DNA of 63,237 bases, counting the filler, from Octopus bimaculoides (Eukaryota): the NCBI RefSeq assembly GCF_001194135.2. It is 8 parts of 7 records of this genome, joined end to end, with 100 filler letters (N's around TTAATTAATTAA, not from the genome) between each part and the next. Parts side by side here need not be neighbours in the genome. Positions count along the whole stretch, not along the records: positions 1 to 13,870 come from NC_068986.1; 7 more parts are not named here. One strand, written 5' to 3'. Position 1 is the stretch's first letter. Each line of letters opens with the position of its first letter. Positions 1 to 11,330 of the stretch are shown here, piece after piece. A program made the translations under genes and the position numbers. The notes under the pieces were generated by a model. That model made no database searches. It had not been told where the DNA came from and worked only from the letters and a program-made list of their open reading frames with translations.

Positions 1-104
1 GCAAAAATATCTCTTTGGAGTTTCAGAATAGCCTTCAAGACTTAATATGGAAAAAAAAAAAAAAAGGACAATTAGGGGGGAAATGTAGACAATTACAATT
101 TTCT

Positions 105-290
105 TTCACTTGTTTCCGTTATTAGACTACGGCCATGCTGGGGCATGGAAGAATTTAGTCAAATAAATCAAACCCAGTGTTATTTCCTAAGTCTTGCACT
201 TATTCTCTTTGTCTCCTTTTACCGAACCATTATGTTGCAGGGATGTAAACAAACCAACACTAGTTGGGACAAACACAGACACACATTCTA
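105..290 (-). mobile_element. SINE S1, 3' half, degenerate
   Basis: Matches the reverse complement of the S1 3' half at 14080-14280 and 10065-10271 (cggccatgctgg..., cttattct..ctctttt.ccgaac, gggatgtaaaca.acca.cac, gggacaaacacagacacac). Confidence 0.75.
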
Positions 291-291
291 T

Positions 292-470
292 ATTTCCTTC
301 TCTGGACCTTTCCTTTCTCCTCTTTCTGATGAAGAGCTATGCCCAAAATGTAAAAAAACTCACTCTACTCACTTCTACTGAGTGTCAGGCTAATATTTTC
401 CATATATATGCCCTTTTGTTGTTTTGTTATTTTTAATGTTCAGTTCTTAATTAAAAGAGTGTTTATGGAC
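292..470 (+). repeat. ~200-bp dispersed repeat with hammerhead-like motif (possible Penelope pLTR remnant), copy 1, CpG-decayed
   Basis: ctgatgaagagctatgcccaaaatgtaaaa at 326-355 and its flanks align with copies at 20230, 24722 and 50165. Confidence 0.6.
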
Positions 471-660
471 GACCAGTGGTCACCCATGCATACCAGCTTC
501 CTCTCTCCTTGCCACTGATGTTATCCAAGGGAAAGGCAACAGCCGGTACAGCTTGGCACCAGTGATGCCACAATTGATTTCTACAGCTGAGTGAACTGGA
601 GGAATGTGAAATAAAGTGTCTTGCTCAATAACACAACACACGGACCGGTCAGGGAATTGA
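462..660 (-). mobile_element. SINE S3
   Basis: Reverse complement carries ttgagcaagacactttatttcacattcctccagttcactcagctgtagaa. The same body recurs at 47460-47690 and the same head at 30817-30933. Confidence 0.75.
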
Positions 661-1133
661 GAGAAAAATTGGGCACAAGAGGCATCAGATGCGGTGTGCA
701 AGAGAGATGACTGCACTGGTATGGTCATGTGATGTGTATGGATGAGGACAGCTGTGTAAAGAAGTGCCAATCTCAAACTGTAGAAGGGACCTGTGGAAGA
801 AGTAGACCCAGGAAGACAAAGGACAAGTTGGTGAAACATGATCTTCGAATGTTGGGCTTCACGGAGGCGATGACAGGTGATCGTGACCTTTGACGATTTG
901 CTGTGCTTGAGAAAACTCATCAGGTCAAGTGAAATTGTAGTTGTGGGCAGTGCTAGTGACACGTAACAGCACCCATTACACTCTTAGAATGGTTGGCATT
1001 AGGAAAGGCATCCATCAATAGAAACCATGCCAAATCAGACTGGAATTTGATGCAGCTCTCCAGCTTACCAGTTCCAGTTAAATCATCCAACCCACGCCAG
1101 CATGGAAAGTGGATGCTAAATGATGATGATATA
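661..1133 (+). mobile_element. RTE-clade LINE 3' end (ORF C-terminus, 3'UTR, (GAT)n tail), 5'-truncated
   Basis: Translation EKLGTRGIRCGVQER*LHWYGHVMCMDEDSCVKKC..VEGTCGRSRPRKT is a typical RTE C-terminus and matches 52446-52668. The UTR follows (gcacccattacactc...aggaaaggcatcc...catggaaagtggatgctaaa tgatgatgat). Confidence 0.85.
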
Positions 1134-1567
1134 TTGATATATATATATATATATAATAATATTAGGGACAAAATCCAAAATTACAGGTAAAAACTCAATT
1201 ATANNNNNNNNNNNNNNNNNNNNNNNNNNNNNNNNNNNNNNNNNNNNNNNNNNNNNNNNNNNNNNNNNNNNNNNNNNNNNNNNNNNNNNNNNNNNNNNNN
1301 NNNNNNNNNNNNNNNNNNNNNNNNNNNNNNNNNNNNNNNNNNNNNNNNNNNNNNNNNNNNNNNNNNNNNNNNNNNNNNNNNNNNNNNNNNNNNNNNNNNN
1401 NNNNNNNNNNNNNNNNNNNNNNNNNNNNNNNNNNNNNNNNNNNNNNNNNNNNNNNNNNNNNNNNNNNNNNNNNNNNNNNNNNNNNNNNNNNNNNNNNNNN
1501 NNNNNNNNNNNNNNNNNNNNNNNNNNNNNNNNNNNNNNNNNNNNNNNNNNNTATATATATATATATA

Positions 1568-1725
1568 TGATGGGCTTCTTTCAGTTTCCGGCTACCAAAT
1601 CCACTCACAAGGCTTTGGTCAGCATGAGGCTATAGTAGAAGACACTCACCCAAGATACCACACAGTGGGACTGAACCCAGAACTATGTGGTTGGGAAGCA
1701 AACTTCTTTCCACAGAGTCACACCT
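1568..1725 (-). mobile_element. SINE S1, tRNA head plus core
   Basis: gggcttctttcagtttccggctaccaaatccactcacaaggc...gggactgaaccc is the reverse complement of the S1 core and B-box. A similar piece lies at 2030-2180. Confidence 0.8.
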
Positions 1726-2189
1726 GTGCCTAATTTATGGGGACATAAACACACTAACTCTGGTTGTCAAGTCATGGTGGGGCGACAAATAAACACATAC
1801 ATGCAATTATATATTAATTTAAAAAATGATAGTCAAGTTTTAATTACAAACTAATTAATTATAACACTTTCCTCTTTTTTAGGGATTCATCAAGATTAAT
1901 CCCTAAAAGGGACGAAAGTGCTAAATTCATAGTTTTTATCCCAATCCTGACTATCTCCTTTTCCTTAATGTATAAAATCTCTACACCACTTCAAATATTC
2001 TATGCATATATATATATATATACATATAGATATAAAATGGGTTTCTTTCAGTTTCCATCTACCAAATCCACTTACAAGTCTTTGATTGGCCTTAGGTAAT
2101 AGCAGAAGACACTTGCCCAAAGAACCACTCAGTGGGACTGAACCTAGGCTCATGTGATTTGGAAATAAACTTCTTATTTCTTTACTGCC

Positions 2190-2410
2190 CACAAGGGGCT
2201 AAACATAGAGAGGACAAACAAGGACAGACAAAGGGATTAAGTCGATTACATCGACCCCAGTGCGTAACTGGTACTTAATTTATCTACCCCGAAAGGATGA
2301 AAGGCAAAGTCGACCTCAGTGGAATTTGAACTCAGAACGTAGCGGCAGACGAAATACCGCTAAGCATTTCGCCCAGCGTGCTAACATTTCTACCAGCTCC
2401 CCCTGCCTTA
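2190..2410 (-). mobile_element. SINE S4, well preserved
   Basis: Reverse complement shows an A-box, B-box (gagttcaaattcc) and core gcctttcatcctttcggggtagataaattaagtacc. A partial copy lies at 2815-2935. Confidence 0.85.
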
Positions 2411-2939
2411 ATAATAAATAAACTTCTTAATACACAGGGATAAACAAATACTTTCATAATNNNNNNNNNNNNNNNNNNNNNNNNNNNNNNNNNNNNNNNN
2501 NNNCTCTTATCATCTTCATATATTTTCAAGTATTTTGTGTTTCAGTTTGTTGAAGACTGTGAACACTTCGTCGTGAACACAAAATATTCACTCCTACATT
2601 CTAACAACGCTGGGAAAGCTTTGTGTTCATAATTCCCAGATGAATCTTTACATATAATTTTTTTCTCACATAAGCATTGTTTTATCATCCAGTAACTCAT
2701 TCATGTCTCAAGCAAACTTAGGACAAACAACATCAAATAAATCACACAACATGAAGTAGATCACACTGCCCTTTTTTGTTTTACCTAAACCAAATTTCCA
2801 TAATAATAAATGTTTTCTGAGGCACAAGGCCAGAAATTTTAAGGGACAGTGATTACTTGACAGGTACTTTATTTTATTGACCAAAGGATGAAAGGCAAAG
2901 TTAACCTCAGCCAGGTTTGAAATTCACTAGAAATACTCT

Positions 2940-3680
2940 TTGAATTTTGTCTATAAAACTTCTGACATCCAGAAATGTAGACTCTGTGGAAAGAGTGTGG
3001 AAAATGTGACCCATTTGGTAAGTGGGTGTGAGAGCCTTGCACAAAAACAATACAAGCGCCACCATGATAAAGTGCATGTATGTCTTCATTGGCCCTTATG
3101 CCGTAAATACCAATATGAAGTAACAGAGAACTGGTATGAGCATGTACCAAATGAAGTTATGCAGGAAGATGGAAGAGTAACAATATTCTGGGACTATGAT
3201 TTTCAGACGGATCGTGTAATCGAACACTGTCAGCCGGATAGTGTAATATTGAATAAGAGAGACAAATACTGTCAGATCATTGATGTAGCCACACCAAATG
3301 ATATGAATGTTGTAAGTAAAGAGGTTGAAAAAACCACCAAGTACTCCGAATTGAAAGTGGAAATGGCGAGACTGTATGGAATGCAAGAGGGTAATGTAAA
3401 AGTGATACCAGTGGTGATTGGAGCATTGGGCTCAATCCCATTGAAATTTCAAGATTTCTTAAGGCAACTGTAAATGCCATGCAAGATTGACGTCTTGCAA
3501 AATGCAGCCTTATTGGGCACAGCGCACATCTTAAGGAAAGTATTATCTGTCTGAGGTCCTTGTTGTGATTTGACAGATGACTAAAGATTCCAGTGCATTT
3601 TTACCTACACTGTGTTACAAAGGAATAATAATAATGATAATAATAATAATGATGATAATAATAATAATAATAATATAACT
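2940..3680 (+). mobile_element. R4/Dong-like RLE non-LTR retrotransposon 3' end (subfamily c)
   Basis: ORF 2940-3473 has a CCHC knuckle (CRLC..ENVTHLVSGC), HCQPD..IIDVATPND..EKTTKY (PD..D RLE) and VIPVVIGALG. It continues LQNAALLGTAHILRKVL, then a 3'UTR and an (AAT)n tail at ~3625-3680. Confidence 0.9.
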
Positions 3681-3967
3681 ATCAATCCAATAATACAACC
3701 TAAGCAAAACAACCCATAAATACAATATTTCCCCAGTGAAATAAACTCCCACCAGCAAGCTAGAAAACCAAAGCATTACACACTCAACACACAATACAAG
3801 CAACAAAAAAAATATCAGCAGAAAACAGCACCACACCTCAAGGAAAAAAATCTAACACAATACAAGCAGAAAAGAAGACACAATGCCGCAGACACCTCGG
3901 CAACATGGAGGTGTAGCAGGTGATGCAATAGAAATTTGCCTCAATCTACCAAATATTGAACAGTTAT

Positions 3968-4175
3968 ATAATAATAATAATAATAATAATCCTTTCTACT
4001 CTTGCACAAGGTCTGAAATTTGGGGGAGGGGGCTAGTCAATTGCATCAACTCCAGTATGCAACTGGTACTCATTTTATTGACCCCAAAAGGATAAACAGC
4101 AAAGTCAACTCCGGCGGAATTTGAACTCAGAATATAGCAATGACTGAAATACTGCTTTAATAATAATAATAGCAA
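3968..4175 (-). mobile_element. SINE S4 flanked by (AAT)n on both sides
   Basis: (aat)n-cctttctactcttgcacaaggtctg...ggcggaatttgaactcagaa...gcttt-(aat)n. Confidence 0.8.
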
Positions 4176-4624
4176 CAACAACAATTATTAATCTACTTCC
4201 GTTTCCTTGCTGAGTTTTATGAGTACTGCTGAACACAATATACTTTCATTTTTATTATGTCGGTTAGTAGTTCGATAATTTCATTTCCTGGTTCAAGTTA
4301 GTTAACTGACTTCTCCAGTTATACTTTACATTGTATAGAGAGAGAGAGTGTGAGTAAGAGAGATATATAGAGAGTTAACTTGAGTGATAGAGGATGAGTG
4401 CACATACTAAGCTTGGTAGTGGGCAATGAGTAAAAGAATACTACATACTCACACACACAGTGAAAGAGAAAGAAACATGGAAACAGAAGAGAGGAGGAGG
4501 AGGAAATGACAGGAATAAATATTTTTCTTTTGAAAATTAGAATTCATTTCATCATTTTGTATAAGCACCAAGAAATTTGGTAAGAGTTCTATTGTAATTA
4601 TTGTATGGAGGCCATACAATGGTA

Positions 4625-5150
4625 TCATCATCATCATCATCACCATCATTTAGTGTCCGTTGTCCATGCTGGTATGGGTTGGAGAGTTTGACCAGGGCTG
4701 GCAAGGTGGAAGGCTGCATCCAACTCTAGTCTGATTTGGCATGGCTTTCTATGTCTGGATACTCTTCCTAATGACAACCACTCTGAGAGTGTAATGGGTG
4801 CTTTTACGTGCCACTGGCATGGGTGCCATTTGTGTGACACCGGTATCTGCCATGACTGATTTTGCTTGGCTTGATGGGTCTTCTTCTCAAGCAAGACATA
4901 ATGCCAAAGCTCTCGGTCATTGCCTCCGTGAAGCCCAACACTCAAAAGGAGATTTTCACATGCCACCAGCATTGGACTCTTTGCTTCTATGAGGCCCAAT
5001 GCTTGAAAGGTGCTCTTTACATGCCCCTGGCATGGGTACCAGTTATGCAACACCAACATCAGCCATGATTTCACTTGGCTTGACGGATCTTCTCAAGTAC
5101 AGCATATTGCCAAAGATCTCGGTCACTAGCCATTGCCTCTGTGAGGTAAA
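4625..5150 (-). mobile_element. RTE LINE 3' end with duplicated ORF terminus
   Basis: The minus strand encodes EAMASDRDLWQYAVLEKIRQAK* and again GLHGGNDRELWHYVLLEKKTHQAK before the standard UTR and (GAT)n tail. Confidence 0.75.
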
Positions 5151-5184
5151 AGTATATGTCTAAAGTCAGATGACACTCTAGTGC

Positions 5185-5500
5185 TGAAGGTACGTGGCTC
5201 AGTGGTTAGGGTACTCAGCTAATGATCATGAGACCGTGAGTTCAATTTCCAGCGGCACATTGTGTCCTTGAGCAAGACACTTTATTTCAGGTTGCTCCAA
5301 TTCACTCAGCTGGAAAAGCTTAGTTATGCCTGTAATTTAAAGAGGCCAGCCTTGTTCCATTTTATGTCATGCTGAATTCCCTTGAGATCTATGTTATAGG
5401 TGTACATGTCTGGGCAGTGCTCAACCACTTTCATCACCAGGGCTGTTCCATTAATCAGATCAAATGGGACCTTTATCATCGTAACTGACAGAATGCCAGG
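5185..5500 (+). mobile_element. tRNA-derived SINE with S3-type core and S2-type tail
   Basis: Head tggctcagtggttaggg...gagttcaatttcc, core ccttgagcaagacactttatttc as in S3, tail gcctgtaatt.aaag.ggccagccttg...gtgctca.ccactt as in S2. Confidence 0.75.
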
Positions 5501-5544
5501 TTTGTTTTGTTTTTTTTAACACTCTAGTGAAAATATAATAATCT

Positions 5545-5880
5545 TTTCTACTAAAAGCACAAGGCCTCAAAGTTGTTGGGTGGGGACTTGTTGATTATGT
5601 TGACCCCAGTGTTTCACTGGTACTTAATTTATCGACCTCCAAAAGGATGAAAGGCAAAGTCAACCTCAGTGAAATTTGAACTCAGAATGTTAGTGTAAAT
5701 ATAATAATACAAATAGATAAAATGGTTTCAAACTTTGGTACAAGACCTGACTGGTATTGACCCTGAAGGAATGAAAGTCAAAGCTGACCTCAGCAAGGTT
5801 TGAACTCAGATTGTAAAGAAGTAGAAGAAATGCTACTTAGTAAATTGTCGGACACGCTAAAGATTCTACCAATTCACCAC
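5545..5880 (-). mobile_element. Two adjacent degenerate S4 SINEs
   Basis: The block ggatgaaaggcaaagtcaacctc..tttgaactcaga occurs at ~5640-5690 and ~5765-5810. Confidence 0.7.
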
Positions 5881-5954
5881 CATAATGCAAATAATAATAT
5901 AAATAAAACAATACAAATTGTAAACGTCTCATCTGTTAAGTGTAGAGTGTGATA

Positions 5955-6152
5955 TCATCATCATCATCATCATCATCGTTTAACGTCCGCCTTCCATGCT
6001 AGCATGGGTTGGACGATTTGACTGAGGACTGGTGAAACCGGATGGCAACACCAGGCTCCAATCTAATTTGGCAGAGTTTCTACAGCTGGATGCCCTTCCT
6101 AACGCCAACCACTCAGAGAGTGTAGTGGGTGCTTTTACGTGTCACCCACACG
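5955..6152 (-). mobile_element. RTE 3'UTR fragment with (GAT)n tail
   Basis: (cat)n cgtttaacgtccgccttccatgctagcatgggttggacg...ctggatgcccttcctaacgccaacc. A similar copy lies at 7078-7385. Confidence 0.85.
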
Positions 6153-6207
6153 ATTAACAAATAATTTTTTCCTGGCACAGGTATAAAGCAACGGTGGGGA
6201 AACCCCC

Positions 6208-6249
6208 GCCTGTGGGCACAATTGAGCCCATTTTATTGTGCCCACAGGC
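6208..6249. repeat. Perfect 15-bp inverted repeat with 12-nt spacer
   Basis: gcctgtgggcacaat (6208-6222) pairs with attgtgcccacaggc (6235-6249). Confidence 0.9.
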
Positions 6250-8784
6250 TGATATACTCATATGTACAAAATATAGTAAATTTTTCAATCAAAAGTTATA
6301 CAATATTCACATACCTATTGGCAACATAGGTCACGTTTCCACTACGACTTAAAATGGTCAGAAATCGTCCGGTAATTGCCATTTGAATGGAAATTTTGTT
6401 TTCACTATAAAACACATATTGCTAGGTCTGTACCACCCCCTTGAGACCCAACTACACTTTAGCTGAAAAATCTAAAAATCTCATAAGTAATATAATGTCC
6501 TAAATTCAGTGGCGGCATTAATTTAATGGGTTAAACTTATCTTTATGTATATCGAACTATACATCGATATATACAAGATTTACACAGATATAAGACTTAG
6601 AACTTGTGATCTGCCCACAGACCTTTTTCTTTGTAAATTTTTGCCCAACGTACTGAAAAGTTTCCCCATCCCTGCTGTAAAGGATAATGTATACAGACAA
6701 GTGAAAAAGAGCAGAAATGAAATTGTTCCCTTCAAAAATCAAAACTTCATTTCTACATCTCCTGGGTACTGAAACTTACTTAATAAATAAACACATGTTT
6801 GTTTCTAATAGGTGAAAAAAATTGAAGAATATACAGGGAGTGCAAAAGTAGGGATACAGTTATGATAAAAAAAAAAGCATGTACAATTCTCATTTATTTT
6901 TATCAAAAAAATTAGAAGTTACAATAAAAGTATTATTATAGTTATGATAAACGTATAATTATGATTAATGACATTGAAAATATCAAAAACGAGGCTAATT
7001 AAATGTGCTAATAATTTTAATTAATTAAGTATTAGAACATTGATGTGATACTGTATACACTTAATTTTGCACCACCCTCATCATCGTTGTCATTGTTTAA
7101 CGTCTGCTTTCCATACTGGCATGGGCTGGATGGTTTGACCGAGGGCTGGCAAGCCAGAAGGCTGCACCAGGCTCCAATCCGATCTGGCAAATTTCTACAG
7201 CTGGATGCCCTTCCTAAGAGCAACCTCTCCGAGAGTGTAGCGGGTGCTTTTTACATGCCACCAGCATGAGGGCTAGTCGGGCAGTACAGGTATCAACCAT
7301 GCTTGAATGGTGCTTTTTACGTGCCACTGGCACAGGACCAGTCAAGCGGCACTGACAACAATCACGCTCGAATGGTGTTTTGACAGTCATGCTTTTGCAG
7401 ATAATATTAGACCCATAAACAATTTGAAATAAATAGTTTCAGCTGGGAATTGAACCTNNNNNNNNNNNNNNNNNNNNNNNNNNNNNNNNNNNNNNNNNNN
7501 NNNNNNNNNNNNNNNNNNNNNNNNNNNNNNNNNNNNNNNNNNNNNNNNNNNNNNNNNNNNNNNNNNNNNNNNNNNNNNNNNNNNNNNNNNNNNNNNNNNN
7601 NNNNNNNNNNNNNNNNNNNNNNNNNNNNNNNNNNNNNNNNNNNNNNNNNNNNNNNNNNNNNNNNNNNNNNNNNNNNNNNNNNNNNNNNNNNNNNNNNNNN
7701 NNNNNNNNNNNNNNNNNNNNNNNNNNNNNNNNNNNNNNNNNNNNNNNNNNNNNNNNNNNNNNNNNNNNNNNNNNNNNNNNNNNNNNNNNNNNNNNNNNNN
7801 NNNNNNNNNNNNNNNNNNNNNNNNNNNNNNNNNNNNNNNNNNNNNNNNNNNNNNNNNNNNNNNNNNNNNNNNNNNNNNNNNNNNNNNNNNNNNNNNNNNN
7901 NNNNNNNNNNNNNNNNNNNNNNNNNNNNNNNNNNNNNNNNNNNNNNNNNNNNNNNNNNNNNNNNNNNNNNNNNNNNNNNNNNNNNNNNNNNNNNNNNNNN
8001 NNNNNNNNNNNNNNNNNNNNNNNNNNNNNNNNNNNNNNNNNAACCTCAGCGGAATTTGAACTCAGGACTTAAAAACAGATGAAATACTGCTAAGCATTTC
8101 GCCCCACGTGCTAACATTTCTGTCAGCTCACCCAAAAGTAGGTTTACAGTTATTCAACTATCTCTTTCACATTCATATATTTACAGATTAGATCTTAATT
8201 ATATAAAAAAATATGAAAAAAAATATGAAACCATTATTCTATGCTAATTTAGTTAATTGTAAGATAGAAATTTTCAAGTGCCTACGTAATAACTGTAAAC
8301 CTACTTTCGAGCCATCCTGTATTGATTCTATTCCCATAAAGAAAATACAAGCAACAGACCAAAACCAGATTAAATCTACCAAACAATTCAATGATAGTTG
8401 GGTGTGTCTTAGCCAGTCTGTTGACAATGTGGAAACATGCATTGTGCATGGGCAGCGATGTGGTTGCTGTTGCTACTACTGTTGACAACAAAGAGAACTC
8501 GTTTTTCAGCTCTAACTAGGGTAACCATGTATAATAGCTCCACAAGCCCCTCTTCCAACAGGACATGCCTACTCTCTCACTTTCAATCCTTCCCTACAAC
8601 ACAGCCTGGCTCATAACACCACAGTTGTATTTGCTCATGTTTTCTTTCAAGGAAGTTAACTTTGCCCCACGAAGAAGGAAGCTAACCAGCTTTCAAGGGA
8701 TTGGGTGACAGTTTTCCATTAAAAAAATAGAGAACAATGGAACATGTACACTTAGTGCAGAATACAGTAGAATGGAAAGCAAAT

Positions 8785-9231
8785 TTAACTTTTTTGTTGC
8801 CATTTTTCAGTTGAAATACATTACCTTTCTTCCAATTAATTTTGAAAACAAAACGAAGAATTTAGACATTATTAATGTGATGTTTGGAAAGCAGCTAGCT
8901 GGTAGCATTGTTACTGCATTGGAAGGAAAGCTTTGGGCGTTGTGTTCTGAGTTCAAATGCTGCTGAGATTGAGCGGAGGTGGGGGGGGGAGTTGCTTCTT
9001 CAGACTTTTGGGAATGAGAAATTAAGTACCAGTTGAGCATGGAAGTTGAGAACATCAACTTACCCTGACCCCTAACGTTGGTAGCCTTTTGCGAAAATCT
9101 TTAGTGTTTGGAACACAAATTAACATGAAATGTTGATGGCAGATTTAAATTTAGATCCCTTTAAAATTTAAAAAAAAATTGATCACAGAATCAGGGACAA
9201 TCTTAGATGGGGTTGGTATTGAAAGGATTAA
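8785..9231. mobile_element. Possible TTAA-flanked MITE (piggyBac-like) with a nested + strand S4 SINE (~8895-9085)
   Basis: TTAA at 8785-8788 and 9228-9231 with degenerate TIRs (ctttttt.gttgcc / ggtattgaaagga). Internal sequence resembles 20740-20990. Confidence 0.4.
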
Positions 9232-9642
9232 AGAATTTAAAGAATCGGATGTAAATAATGAGAATGGCTTTCTACAATTGTTTTCAGAATTTTAGTTTCA
9301 GTTTGTCTTGTTAAATAATCAATGAGAATAAAGGTTTCTAACATTATCACCAGCTTCTACAACTGTAATCTATTCAATGAACCCCTAATAAATGTCTGAT
9401 ACAGGATTTATTGAAGCATCAGCAGCAGTTGTTAGCCTTAGGCACACCCTTAAAAAATATTCTTTCAAATGCTCAGAAGACGTCTTAGAACTAGTTGAAA
9501 CTTTCTATTGCTTAGGAAACCTAACTTGTGACAAGATGAAGGTTGATATCAGGAAGCTAAACCTCACAAAAACAAAAAAAGATGACAAAGGATCTGATAA
9601 GTAAGTCATCTGTACACATATATGTGTGTGTGTGTGTGTATT

Positions 9643-10271
9643 GGAGTGGCTGTGTGGTAAATAACTTGCTTACCAACCACATGGTTCCAGGTTCAGTCCC
9701 ACTGCATGGCACCTTGGGCAAGTGTCCTCTAAAATAGCTTCGAGCTGACCAAAGCCTTGTGAGTGATTTGGTAGACAGAAACTGAAAGAAGCCCATCGTA
9801 TATATATATCGCCTGACTGGCCCTCGTGCCAGTGGCACGTAAAAACACCCACTACACTCTCGGAGTGGTTGGTGTTAGGAAGGGCATCCAGCTGTAGAAA
9901 CTCTGCNNNNNNNNNNGGAAGGGCATCCAGCTGTAGAAACTCTGCCAGATCAGATTGGAGCCTGGTGCAGCCATCCGGTTCACCAGTCCTCAGTCAAATT
10001 GTCCAACCCATGCAGGCATGGTAAGCGGACGTTAAACGATGATGATGATGATGATATATATATATGTGTATGTTTGTGTGTCTGTGTTTGTCCCCCCACC
10101 ACATCACCTGACAACCAATGCTGGTGTGTTTACATCCCTGTAACTTAGCAGTTTGGCAAAAGAGACAGATAGAATAAGTACTAGGCTTACAAGGAATAAG
10201 TCCTGGGGTCAACTTGCTCAACTGAAGGTGGTGCTCTAACATGGCCAGAGTCAAATGACTGAAACAAGTAA
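9643..10271 (+). mobile_element. Full-length SINE S1 interrupted by an RTE 3' fragment
   Basis: A-box gtggctgtgtggtaa, B-box ggttcagtccc and core to ~9800. RTE UTR occupies ~9810-10053 inside the (TA)n, and the S1 3' half runs ~10055-10271. Confidence 0.9.
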
Positions 10272-10329
10272 NNNNNNNNNNNNNNNNNNNNNNNNNNNNN
10301 NNNNNNNNNNNNATATATATATATATATA

Positions 10330-11330
10330 TATAATGTATATCTCACTGCATATCTTTCATGTGTTCCCTCTAGGAAGTAGAGCCTTAGTTCTTTTTGTTT
10401 ATCTGTTGTACCAAGTGAATCTATTTTGTGTAGGAGCATTGGATTGCCTCTAGTTCTGTAGTTCTGCCATTAGTTTGATGCTTCTTGGCAACCATAACAG
10501 GGAGTAGAATTCCATGTGACTGAGAAGGAATGCTCTTCATAAGAGCAACATTTTTTTTTTCCGTTTTGAATATCAGAATCCAGGTAATAAGTCACCTGCA
10601 CAGGATTGCCATCTTAGTAATATACACACATAATGATGCATCATTATTCATGTAGATTAACAGGCCATGCACTGACAGTATCCCCAGGGTTGCAATAGCC
10701 CCTGGTCTTGTGTATTCTGATTATAATGCTTGTGGTGTGATAGTAGAAGCTAAAAACTCCTCAGCATTGAACTGCATGTTATTTAAATCAACTAATTTGC
10801 ATATTGCATTGAAGTCTTTCTGCAGTTTTAAGGACCACCAGGCTCCTTGACTGCCAGTGCAAGTGACTAGCTGTATGATTGAAGGCATGTAATGGTTTCA
10901 ATACAGTTACCTGAGGGACTTTGCTTAATATTGATGTCTCCTCAGGGCCAGTTCGAGGTACTGGGACCTCGGACAGTCGCCCGGGGTGCCATCTGCTTTT
11001 TAGTTTACATTTTCAGTTTTTCTCCTTGTGAAATTTTTAGAAAATTATACTTGTAAGGATGCCAAAGTTCAGCTTACCTGGGGTGCCAGCAACCCTAGGG
11101 CTGACCCTAAGTCTAACTAGTATCTTTTGAAAAGTGTTTTCTCAAGTTTCCCAATGATTCTAAGACTATGCAGTTTGGGACACTATCCTTTCATTGACTT
11201 TGTCAAAGGCCTTGGTAAAGAAGAGATATGTCACATATCTGGAATTGTTTCTTCAGAGTCCAGTCATAATGCCACAGTAGTTGTATAATGCAGTTCCTGC
11301 TTGCATGGAAGCTACTTATTCCTCAAATAT
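10330..11330 (-). mobile_element. Decayed CR1-like LINE RT region, interrupted by a MITE
   Basis: The minus strand gives remnants QLLWHYD..KAFDKV (11330-11150), NNMQFNA (~10780) and LEAIQCSYTK..KELRLYFLEG.ERYAV (10450-10340), parallel to 25340-26550. Confidence 0.65.
10943..11109 (+). mobile_element. Short GC-rich MITE (hAT-like ends), copy 1
   Basis: Begins cagggccagttc and ends gggctgacccta. It is homologous to the reverse complement of 12504-12652. No clean TSD. Confidence 0.6.

Noticed and set aside
2541-2630. Possible host exons after strong acceptors (here, 28870-28925) or before donors (13670-13740 minus, 13090-13125 minus)
   Set aside because: The peptides are short and unrecognisable and there is no consistent exon chain. 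RNA-seq would be needed.
9886-9940. Tandem duplications around short N gaps (also 32636-32760, 46091-46225)
   Set aside because: Identical sequence on both sides of a small gap is typical of unmerged contig overlaps.
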